Positions 45,877-53,009 of a DNA stretch of 64,000 bases are shown here, one piece after another. This DNA is from an archaeon (GTDB lineage: Archaea; Nanobdellota; Nanobdellia; Pacearchaeales; GW2011-AR1), in the NCBI GenBank assembly GCA_018697295.1, contig JABHTJ010000001.1, positions 292 through 64,291 on the forward strand, written 5' to 3'. The notes under the pieces are model-generated. The model was not told where the DNA came from and made no database searches. It saw only the letters and a list, made by a program, of their open reading frames with translations. How positions within the stretch are numbered: the first letter of the stretch is position 1; every line of letters begins with the position of its first letter. Both the position numbers and the translations under genes were made by a program.

Positions 45877-46475
45877 CTCACTAAAAAAGCAATCTCTAGC
45901 CTATAAAAATTAATCTTCTTGTAGAAATTTTCACTGTCTACTCTCCAAATTTCTCTAAAAACCTTTCAGATCTCCGATAAACTTTTTCAAAAATAATCTC
46001 CCTTATTTTAGCTATAAATGTCTCTAAAATCTTGGTTGAATCTCTTCAAAATCTGCTAAGAATTTCAAATATCTTTGAAAAAGATAACAATCTCTTCAAA
46101 TTTTCTGTGTCTGCAAATCAGCTTTATCGAGATACATTCTCAATATTCTCTGAAGAATTTTTCTCAGAAATTAATTGGCTATTCACTAAGTTAACCTAAG
46201 TGCACAATTAATCTCTGTCAACAAAATAAATTCTAAAAATCCTCTAAAAAATTAACTTTGTAAGTTTAATTTCTTCAAGAAGTTCTGCTTCTCAAACTTT
46301 TTCAAACCTTAATTTCTCCAATTTCTTTCATTAATCGGTTCTGCCAAGCCATTAAGTTAAACAAAACAAATTAGATTTCTAACCTTTACCCTTTTCAATC
46401 TTAAACATCCTGGAATCTCCTAAAGATAAATTTTCAAAAACTCTTTTTAGCTCAATCTACTCTTCATTTTAATTA

Positions 46476-46488
46476 AGTTCGCACAATC
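46476..46488 (+). promoter_or_regulatory. Motif AGTTCGCACAATC, copy 1 (variant AGTTCGCATAATA at 46511-46523)
   Basis: Exact 13-mer repeated at 47522-47534, just upstream of the recombinase gene. Confidence 0.5.
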
Positions 46489-46613
46489 CTAAAAAAGACG
46501 CAAAAATGGTAAAAGTTCGCATAATATACATTGTATGACGTTCTTAGTTGAATAAACGAACGAAAAAGGGCCGTTTGCACAAAATTTTTATATGCGAACG
46601 TCTTTTTTTTGGA

Positions 46614-47072
46614 ATGATTAAAACGTGTGTGAACTGTGAAAAAGAAAAAGAGCACCATGCAAAAGGGCTCTGTTATGGTTGCTACAAGAAGCTAAAATGG
46701 CAGCCAAAGTTAGCTTCATGCAAACGATGCAAGCGAAAACTTGTTATTCACGCGAAAAAATTATGCGCTGGCTGCTACAATCATCTCTTTCATGCTGACA
46801 AAAGCAAACAACACTATCACCGAAAATCAAACAACGTCGACCTCAAAACCTATAGAAAAGTAACTCAAACTTGTGTTGTGTGCGGTTTTGACAAAATTGT
46901 AGATCTTCACCACATAGATTCAAACAAAGAGAACAATTCTCCAAAAAATCTGGTAGGACTTTGCCCAAATCATCATCGAATGATCAATAATGCTAAATTT
47001 CGCCAAGAAATCTTCAAAACACTAAAAGAAAAGGGCTTTGATCTTCCTCTCGAGCAAATCATGAAATCTTAA
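46614..47072 (+). CDS. HNH endonuclease-domain protein with N-terminal CxxC zinc ribbons
   Basis: CVNCEK..CYGCYKK..CKRCKR..CAGCYNH, then CVVCGFDKIVDLHHID..NLVGLCPNHHRMINN (HNH). The track ORF starts at TTG 46548. Confidence 0.7.
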   Translation: MIKTCVNCEKEKEHHAKGLCYGCYKKLKWQPKLASCKRCKRKLVIHAKKLCAGCYNHLFHADKSKQHYHRKSNNVDLKTYRKVTQTCVVCGFDKIVDLHHIDSNKENNSPKNLVGLCPNHHRMINNAKFRQEIFKTLKEKGFDLPLEQIMKS

Positions 47073-47268
47073 AATTGGCCTTCTGTCCAAATCTCTAGAG
47101 ATTTTTTAAGCCAATCTAAGCCATTTTGGTACCATTTTTTGATAATTTATGGCATCATTACACTATTTTTGTAAAAAACCCTTTGAAATTTCGCTAAAAA
47201 TGCGAAAACGCCATTTTTTGTTTCCATTTTTATCTTCATCAAAATCTCTTGATTTTCTAAAAAATTTA

Positions 47269-47459
47269 AGTGAAAAAGTGAGAGTTAGGAAAAGCTATTT
47301 TTGACGAAAAGTGAGCCCATTCTAAGATTCGGGAAAGTGCAAATACAATTAAAGATCTTTTTCAGCATAACCTCTTGAAAAGTGAGCACAATTCCCCTAA
47401 CAAATCTCTTTTCAAACCCAATTTCAAAGACTAAACTATTTTTTCGGTAAACCGAATAA
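47269..47459 (-). repeat. Right arm of the long imperfect inverted repeat: GAAAA(A)GTGAG boxes at 47272, 47306 and 47377, then palindrome TTCGGTaaACCGAATAA (47443-47459)
   Basis: Reverse complement gives TTATTCGGTT..., CTCACTTTTCAAGA, CTCACTTTTC and TAACTCTCACTTTTTCACT, in the same order as the left arm. Confidence 0.7.
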
Positions 47460-47521
47460 CTTTTTAAATAAAACTTCTTTCCAAGATTTATACAGAAGTC
47501 ATATAAAGTCTCCTGCATCTT

Positions 47522-47534
47522 AGTTCGCACAATC
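47522..47534 (+). promoter_or_regulatory. Motif AGTTCGCACAATC, copy 2, 13 nt upstream of the recombinase ATG
   Basis: Exact repeat of 46476-46488. Confidence 0.5.
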
Positions 47535-47547
47535 AAAAGGGTAGGAA

Positions 47548-48372
47548 ATGGAAAATGAAGAATTTCTAAAGAAAGTTGAAACAGAATTGAAAATCTCCAA
47601 AAATTCAAACTACACTGTTAGAAATTATCTATCTTCAAATAAGGCTCTCTTGGAATTTTCTCAAAAAGATCCAGAATCAATAACTTCCGAAGACGTTAAA
47701 TTATTTTTGGCAGAAAAACTTTCAGAAAACGCTTCTGCATCAATCATTCTTTTTTTGGCAGCAGTAAAGTATGCATATCTCCTTAATTTCGGAAGAGATA
47801 TAACGCGAACAATCAAACGCCCAAAAAAAGAAAAAAGATTGCCTAATGTTTTATCAAAAGAAGAAGTAAAAAAATTATTTGATGAATTAAAAAATTCAAA
47901 ATCTCGTCTTATGGCAAGTCTGATGTATGCATGTGGGTTTCGAGTTTCAGAATTAGTGAATTTAAAACTCGAAGATTTAAATTTTCAAGAAAAAATTGGT
48001 CATGTTCGTCAAGCGAAAGGAAAAAAAGACCGAATATTCAATATCCCAGAATTTCTAATAGAAGATTTAGAAGGACAATCAAATATACAAAAAAATCAAA
48101 ATGAAATTTATTTATTCGTCGGAAGATCAGGGAAACTTTCCACTAGAAATTTGCAAAAAATAATTTCCTCTGCTTCAAAACGGGCCGGATTGAATAATGT
48201 TCATTGCCACACGCTACGGCACAGTTTTGCGACACACCTTTTAGAAAGTGAAGTCGATATAAGAAAAATCCAAGAGTTACTCGGTCATGCAGATCTTTCA
48301 ACAACGCAAATTTATACCCAAGTTTCAACAGAAGAAATCAAAAAAATAAAATCTCCTATTGAAGATTTTTAA
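47548..48372 (+). CDS. xerA: Tyrosine recombinase, XerA/XerC/XerD-like
   Basis: SAM-like N-domain; catalytic ACGFRVSEL (R), HVRQAKGKKDR (K), HTLRHSFATHLL (HxxR), LLGHADLSTTQIYTQV (H..Y). Confidence 0.85.
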   Translation: MENEEFLKKVETELKISKNSNYTVRNYLSSNKALLEFSQKDPESITSEDVKLFLAEKLSENASASIILFLAAVKYAYLLNFGRDITRTIKRPKKEKRLPNVLSKEEVKKLFDELKNSKSRLMASLMYACGFRVSELVNLKLEDLNFQEKIGHVRQAKGKKDRIFNIPEFLIEDLEGQSNIQKNQNEIYLFVGRSGKLSTRNLQKIISSASKRAGLNNVHCHTLRHSFATHLLESEVDIRKIQELLGHADLSTTQIYTQVSTEEIKKIKSPIEDF

Positions 48373-48386
48373 CTCGGATTAAATTC

Positions 48387-48638
48387 TCAAATGTAGCGCT
48401 TCTGCAAAAATTGATGAACCGGCTTTATTAAAAAAATCAAAAAAGCAAGTATCAAAACCCAAGAGTTAACACGACTTAACCAATCTTGCACTGCAGGAGA
48501 AATTTTCAATATTAAAAGGATTATTGAAGCAAATGCAATTTGCAAAGATAAAATTCCTCCACCGTGAATAAACCTGCTCGGCTTTCCATCCTTTCGGTGT
48601 TTCTTCACCAAATTTTTCTGATCCTTTTTTTTCACCAT
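48387..48638 (-). CDS. Small two-TM membrane protein with basic N-terminus
   Basis: 83 aa, hydrophobic. Confidence 0.35.
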   Translation of the reverse strand: MVKKKDQKNLVKKHRKDGKPSRFIHGGGILSLQIAFASIILLILKISPAVQDWLSRVNSWVLILAFLIFLIKPVHQFLQKRYI

Positions 48639-48672
48639 CTTATATAATTAACTAACATTTAGTTTAAATAAT

Positions 48673-49155
48673 TTACTTATTCTTCTCTATAAACTGCCAA
48701 ACTTCAAACGCTTCTCTTCCCCCAATTTCTATAAGGATTTCGGTTTCATAATCTTCGCAATATTCAAGCCCCTCAATATTAAAATCTTCAGACTCTAAAT
48801 CAAGTCCACGAATATTTCGGACCTTACAAGAATCCTCGCACAAAACTGCCTCAAAAATTATTTCATTAAATGTGCCTTTCAAGAAAGGGGGATAATCTCC
48901 TTCAAGAATCTCTTTTTCCGGATTCCCAATTTTATCTAAACAATCTTGGGCAACTTCGCAACTAAGAACATTTTCAAATTCACTAAACCTTTCGTCAAAA
49001 TCCGTAAAATTACTTTCTATCTCGCCTCCAACACAAACTCTAATTGTCTTAAATGTATAATAATTATAGAAATAGTATGAAAGCCCTCCTGCAATCAAAA
49101 TAAGAATTAGAAAAATTACCCCAAGAATTGCAAAAATATTTCCACGCTTTCCCAT
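48673..49155 (-). CDS. Cys-containing pilin-like protein with class III signal peptide
   Basis: MGKRG/NIFAILGVIFLILILIAGG. Confidence 0.45.
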   Translation of the reverse strand: MGKRGNIFAILGVIFLILILIAGGLSYYFYNYYTFKTIRVCVGGEIESNFTDFDERFSEFENVLSCEVAQDCLDKIGNPEKEILEGDYPPFLKGTFNEIIFEAVLCEDSCKVRNIRGLDLESEDFNIEGLEYCEDYETEILIEIGGREAFEVWQFIEKNK

Positions 49156-49205
49156 GCATTAAAAACAACGAACTAATTTATAAGTTCTCCTAATCTAATG
49201 AAGAT

Positions 49206-49736
49206 ATGGTGTGCAAAAAATGTGACTATATATCTAATGAAGAATCAAAAGTTTTTGGAACAACTCTTTGTTCAATCTGCAAACATTTCGCCCCAGAAAA
49301 AATTAACGACTTCCAAAATTATCTTCTTGAAAAAATTGATTGGAAGTCTCTAGACACTTTTAGAAAATATGATCAAAAACCTGGACAAAAACAAAAACAA
49401 GGAATGCGAAAACAAGCACAAATCGGAAAAATCGTAACTCGTCCACCACTCGGATATAAAATCTCTAACAAAAATCTTATTCAAGACGAAAACGCTTCAA
49501 AGGTTCACAATCTTTTTTCAACTTTTTTAAAAGAAGATGAATCCCTAAATCAACTTTCAAAGAAATTCCAAATTTCAATAAATGGAATTAAAAAAATCTT
49601 AACAAACAGAACTTATCTTGGAGAAATCAAATTCGATAATTTAATTTACAAATCAAATCACAAAAATATAATCTCTCAAGAAACTTTCTATGCCGTTCAA
49701 AGAAAATTAAAAACTTATTTGCGACCCAGGAATTAA
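49206..49736 (+). CDS. Zn-ribbon plus Recombinase-domain protein lacking a resolvase catalytic domain
   Basis: N-terminal CKKC..CSIC. PPLGYKISNKNLIQDENASKVHNLFSTFL..LNQLSKKF..INGIKKILTNRTYLGEI matches the central recombinase domain of large serine recombinases. No N-terminal Ser catalytic domain. Confidence 0.55.
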   Translation: MVCKKCDYISNEESKVFGTTLCSICKHFAPEKINDFQNYLLEKIDWKSLDTFRKYDQKPGQKQKQGMRKQAQIGKIVTRPPLGYKISNKNLIQDENASKVHNLFSTFLKEDESLNQLSKKFQISINGIKKILTNRTYLGEIKFDNLIYKSNHKNIISQETFYAVQRKLKTYLRPRN

Positions 49737-49761
49737 ATCTTTCCTAAAACAATTAGGAACA

Positions 49762-49769
49762 TTTAAATT
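49762..49769 (+). promoter_or_regulatory. TATA-box-like element (TTTAAATT) about 26 nt upstream of the ATG at 49791
   Basis: Sequence and spacing. Confidence 0.4.
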
Positions 49770-49790
49770 AGTGGGAGATTTGGTTCTGCA

Positions 49791-50504
49791 ATGGAGGAAA
49801 TGATTAAAGATCTAATAATTCATAACGGGAATAAAAACGATTTTCTAAATAAGAATAATAATATTTGGTTGGGAGTTAGTACTAGCCTAAAGCCTTATAG
49901 TGAAAAATTATCTAAAGATTACCTAAAACTCATCGTAAAATATTCTCGGGAAAGTGCATTAATTTTTATCGCAGATGAAATTGCCGCAATAAATTATAAT
50001 GTTTTAGAAAAATATGGAAAAGAAACATCCCTTAAGAAATCTCTTCAAAAAGGAGATATTTTTTTAAGAAGGTATAAAAAGTTAATAAAAACTCTTCCAA
50101 AAGAAGAACAATCAAAAATAAAACTTATTCGATGGAAAGATGTGTGGGCTAAACGGCAGGAAGAATCTTATAAAATTCTAAAAGAAGAATATCTAACTAA
50201 TCCGAAATTCAAAAAAGAAATCGAAGCCCCAATAATCCTTTATTTAAAAAATTCAAAAAGGACAATTAAAGAATCTCGTGTTATAAAAATGTCCGAATAT
50301 ATTTTAAAAGAACTCCCCTTTTTATTGGAAGGTGTTGAATTTCAAAACAAAAAATACAATTTGATGTTATATCCCGCTTATGGAAAAACAAGTCTTAGTA
50401 AATTAGTTTCAAATATACAAAAAGGAAATGAGTTTCAAAAAATAAAAAAGAAATTAAAGCTTAAGGGAGCGCACATTCTCGCAGACTCTCAGATTATTGA
50501 ATAA
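49791..50504 (+). CDS. Candidate tRNA-dependent cyclodipeptide synthase (CDPS, XYP-type signature)
   Basis: 237 aa. NIWLGVSTS (Ser30), EYILKELPF (Tyr170, Glu174), LMLYP (Tyr194-Pro195). The spacing mirrors AlbC S37/Y178/E182/Y202 as recalled from the literature. Confidence 0.55.
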   Translation: MEEMIKDLIIHNGNKNDFLNKNNNIWLGVSTSLKPYSEKLSKDYLKLIVKYSRESALIFIADEIAAINYNVLEKYGKETSLKKSLQKGDIFLRRYKKLIKTLPKEEQSKIKLIRWKDVWAKRQEESYKILKEEYLTNPKFKKEIEAPIILYLKNSKRTIKESRVIKMSEYILKELPFLLEGVEFQNKKYNLMLYPAYGKTSLSKLVSNIQKGNEFQKIKKKLKLKGAHILADSQIIE

Positions 50505-50579
50505 TCCCCTCCACCAACAACAAAATTAAACATTATATAATTATTCTTTTTAACAAACGATAAAATAAAAAATAACTCT

Positions 50580-50981
50580 CTATCTAAAACTAGTCTGTCT
50601 CATACTTCGAGCCTTAGAATCTCCTGGCTTACAAGTCTCTTTTCGTCGAGTATCTGCAACAACCATATGTCTATCATAAGAAAGGAATGCAGATTCTAAA
50701 TCTTTATTCTTCGTAAATTTCAAAATAGCTCGAGCAACTGCAAGACGTCCAGCTTCAACTTGGCAAGCAATTCCCCCTCCCTTAACATTGACTGAAATAT
50801 CAAATTTCAAATCGCCCAAAATGTTGTGTGAAATAATTAATGGCTCACTTATTTCTAACTGTTGTAAATCTGACAAAAATGCAATTGGCTTTTTATTAAA
50901 TGTAACTTTCCCTTTTCCATCCTCAATAGTTGCTTTTGCAATCGCAGTCTTTCGTTTTCCAGTAACTACTAGTTTGTTCAT
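50580..50981 (-). CDS. rps9: 30S ribosomal protein S9 (uS9)
   Basis: VTGKRKTAIAKATI..GGGIACQVEAGRLAVARAI..RRKETCKPGDSKARSMRQTSFR. Confidence 0.9.
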   Translation of the reverse strand: MNKLVVTGKRKTAIAKATIEDGKGKVTFNKKPIAFLSDLQQLEISEPLIISHNILGDLKFDISVNVKGGGIACQVEAGRLAVARAILKFTKNKDLESAFLSYDRHMVVADTRRKETCKPGDSKARSMRQTSFR

Positions 50982-51388
50982 TTAAGCATCCTCACAATTT
51001 GAGTCATTGTCGAATATTTTCTAGGTCTTCGATGTTCAAAAGTTTTAACTTCTTTTCCTTCTAATGAAACACTTTCATTTCCAATGTGACATTTTAATCG
51101 CTTGAAAGCTTCTCGTCCCTTGGACCTATCTCGTGGAAGCATTCCTCGAATAATTCTTTTCAAAAGTCTATCTTCTACTCGACTATATTTCGGACCCTTC
51201 AAAGATCCTCCACTTCCCATATCTCGCTTTTCCTTAATCTTCTTAGCAAAAACTTTTCCATCTCCAGAAATAATCACCTTATCAGAATTAATAACATCTA
51301 CAGATTTTCCTTTCAATAACTCTTTAGCAACAAAAGAAGACATTCTACCAAGAATTGCATTCTCCCCATTAACAATTACTTTTTCCAT
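50978..51388 (-). CDS. rpl13: 50S ribosomal protein L13 (uL13)
   Basis: VIVNGENAILGRMSSFVAKELLKGKSVDVIN; conserved cluster context. Confidence 0.9.
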   Translation of the reverse strand: MEKVIVNGENAILGRMSSFVAKELLKGKSVDVINSDKVIISGDGKVFAKKIKEKRDMGSGGSLKGPKYSRVEDRLLKRIIRGMLPRDRSKGREAFKRLKCHIGNESVSLEGKEVKTFEHRRPRKYSTMTQIVRMLK

Positions 51389-51389
51389 C

Positions 51390-51752
51390 TTATCTCAAAA
51401 TATTAAAACCGTTTAATTCAGGATTCTTTTTCATTTCATCAATAATTGTCACAAAATTTGCTTTTGCATCATTAATTTTTTCTAATGCTTTTTCAGAAAC
51501 AGACCATGCAACAATTTTTTTTGAATCTGTCAAATCTCCGGCACTCAAAATTTTTCCAGCAACTAAAATATCTCCTTCAACCATATCAACTTCTTTCAAA
51601 TTAACTGCAGGCCATTTTCGCTTCGGTCGTGCAAGTTCTTTAGCAACTTCAGGATTTGTTTTTTTGAGCGCAACAATAGTATTAACTAAGTTTGAGTCTT
51701 TCTTCTGTCTCATTCGTTTCTCGATTTTCGTTTTACTTATTTTTATTTCCAT
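51390..51752 (-). CDS. rpl18e: 50S ribosomal protein L18e
   Basis: PAVNLKEV..ILVAGKILSAGDL..VAWSVSEKALEKI; cluster context. Confidence 0.8.
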   Translation of the reverse strand: MEIKISKTKIEKRMRQKKDSNLVNTIVALKKTNPEVAKELARPKRKWPAVNLKEVDMVEGDILVAGKILSAGDLTDSKKIVAWSVSEKALEKINDAKANFVTIIDEMKKNPELNGFNILR

Positions 51753-51774
51753 TTTGTTTTTGTTCTCTGCCGAA

Positions 51775-51857
51775 TGGGCGGAGAAGGATTCGAACCCTCG
51801 TAGGCAAAAGCCAATACGCCCTTAACGTACCCCGTTTGACCGCTCCGGCATCCGCCC
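51775..51857 (-). tRNA. tRNA-Leu, class II; the anticodon loop UUAAGGG parses as anticodon AAG
   Basis: Hand fold: acceptor GGGCGGA/TCCGCCC; anticodon stem GTACG/CGTAT; variable arm TGGCTTTTGCCTAC; T arm GAGGG-TTCGAAT-CCTTC. Aligns base for base with the tRNA-Leu(CAA) at 60928-61011. Confidence 0.7.
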
Positions 51858-51870
51858 TTAACGTAAATAT

Positions 51871-52581
51871 TTATTTCAAAACTTTCGTAACTTCTGAAAT
51901 ATTTGATTTCAAAGCTTTACAAGCTTCAGTGAAGATTTCCTTAGCTTCAATTTGTCCCCAAGATTCTATTGAAAAAACAATGGAATCGCTAAATGAAATG
52001 TCGACACCAGGATAATCATTAAAATCTTCCGAGTCTAAAGTACATTCATGAGCATTTTTAACTTGTAATTTTCCGCTTTCAAATGAAAAAACCAAAGGAT
52101 ATAATTCTGCAAGTTCGCTTTGTTTTTCTCCCTCTCCTTTGATTGCAATTTTTGGTACGTGTCGATAAAAAATGACTCCCGGATTATATCGTGAATGGTC
52201 TTTTCCAAAACCAACATTTGCTCGAGCAACTAATTTAAGCGTCTGCCCATTTTCAAGCAAAACAAGAGGCATATCTGGATAAACGATATCTCCATCAATA
52301 TCTCCAGAAAGAACATTCCGCTTATCTTCTTCCTTGCTTTTAACCTGTAATTTCAATTCAATATTTTGTCCAGATTTAAGCTTCTGATTCTTCAATGGAA
52401 TTAATCCTAATCGATGAGCGATAATCTCATCATATAAAACAGAATCATTTTTGTAAATGTCAGCTTCGTAAATTGCAAGAATTGGAATCTCAGAAACACT
52501 TCTTCGAATAGCATTAGCCAAACTAATGTTCATGTCTGAGGTAAATTGTACTTCTTCCGCAGTTTTTGAAATTAGTTCCAT
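51871..52581 (-). CDS. rpoD: DNA-directed RNA polymerase subunit D (Rpo3)
   Basis: ISLANAIRRSVSEIPILAI..DEIIAHRLGLIPL; cluster context. Confidence 0.85.
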   Translation of the reverse strand: MELISKTAEEVQFTSDMNISLANAIRRSVSEIPILAIYEADIYKNDSVLYDEIIAHRLGLIPLKNQKLKSGQNIELKLQVKSKEEDKRNVLSGDIDGDIVYPDMPLVLLENGQTLKLVARANVGFGKDHSRYNPGVIFYRHVPKIAIKGEGEKQSELAELYPLVFSFESGKLQVKNAHECTLDSEDFNDYPGVDISFSDSIVFSIESWGQIEAKEIFTEACKALKSNISEVTKVLK

Positions 52582-52622
52582 ATTATTTTATCGATTTTTT
52601 GTTTATAAATTTAGCCATTTTG

Positions 52623-53009
52623 TTATACTCTTCGACCTCTTCGACCATGTGGTTTCTTTGGGCCGCCACGAGGAATGCAAGTTGTCTCTGCAATACTCAA
52701 AATCTTATATCCTTCTTTAGTTAGTGTTCTTACGATCGCATGAGCTCCGGGACCAATCCCTGTAGCACCAGTTTGCCCTTTCATACGAACATAAAGTGTC
52801 TTAATCCGGTAATCTCTACAAAGGTCTTGAACTTTCTTAGCGATAAACATTGCAATCGTTGGGTTCGCCCTCATTCGATCATGCTTTGTAATCTGACCTC
52901 CAGAAATTTTTCCAATAGTATTCCCTGCCAAGTCTGTAACATTCGCAATAGTATTATTGAATGTCGCATAAATATTCAAAATTCCGGTGTTGTCTTCGTC
53001 TTTTGCCAT
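52623..53009 (-). CDS. rps11: 30S ribosomal protein S11 (uS11)
   Basis: GILNIYATFNNTIANVTDLAGN..GPGAHAIVRTLTKEG. Confidence 0.9.
   Translation of the reverse strand: MAKDEDNTGILNIYATFNNTIANVTDLAGNTIGKISGGQITKHDRMRANPTIAMFIAKKVQDLCRDYRIKTLYVRMKGQTGATGIGPGAHAIVRTLTKEGYKILSIAETTCIPRGGPKKPHGRRGRRV

Noticed and set aside
46511-46540. AGTTCGCATAATATACATTGTATGACG as a full 11-6-11 dif-like site.
   Set aside because: Only the left arm resembles a Xer arm. The right arm needs two indels to mirror it, and the perfect palindrome is only 5 bp (ATACAtTGTAT). I kept it as a half-site-like motif in the findings, not as a called dif site.
45728-46547. A search for a hidden or decayed gene in the 820-nt ORF-free region (the minus strand is purine-rich, like coding strands here).
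   Set aside because: Hand translation of several minus-strand stretches gave stops every 6-15 codons in the frames tried and no recognisable peptide. I cannot support a pseudogene call and report it as a repeat-bearing non-coding region instead.
47285-47608. 107-aa minus-strand ORF across the right repeat arm and the recombinase start.
   Set aside because: It overlaps the well-supported xerA start and the repeat boxes, has a low-complexity product and shows no motif. It is likely spurious. The same judgement applies to 46473..46658 (-).
43600-50580. Direct repeats or a tRNA target delimiting the accessory island.
   Set aside because: Visual comparison of the two border regions showed no shared sequence of 10 nt or more, and no tRNA abuts the island. 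The island boundaries therefore remain unassigned.
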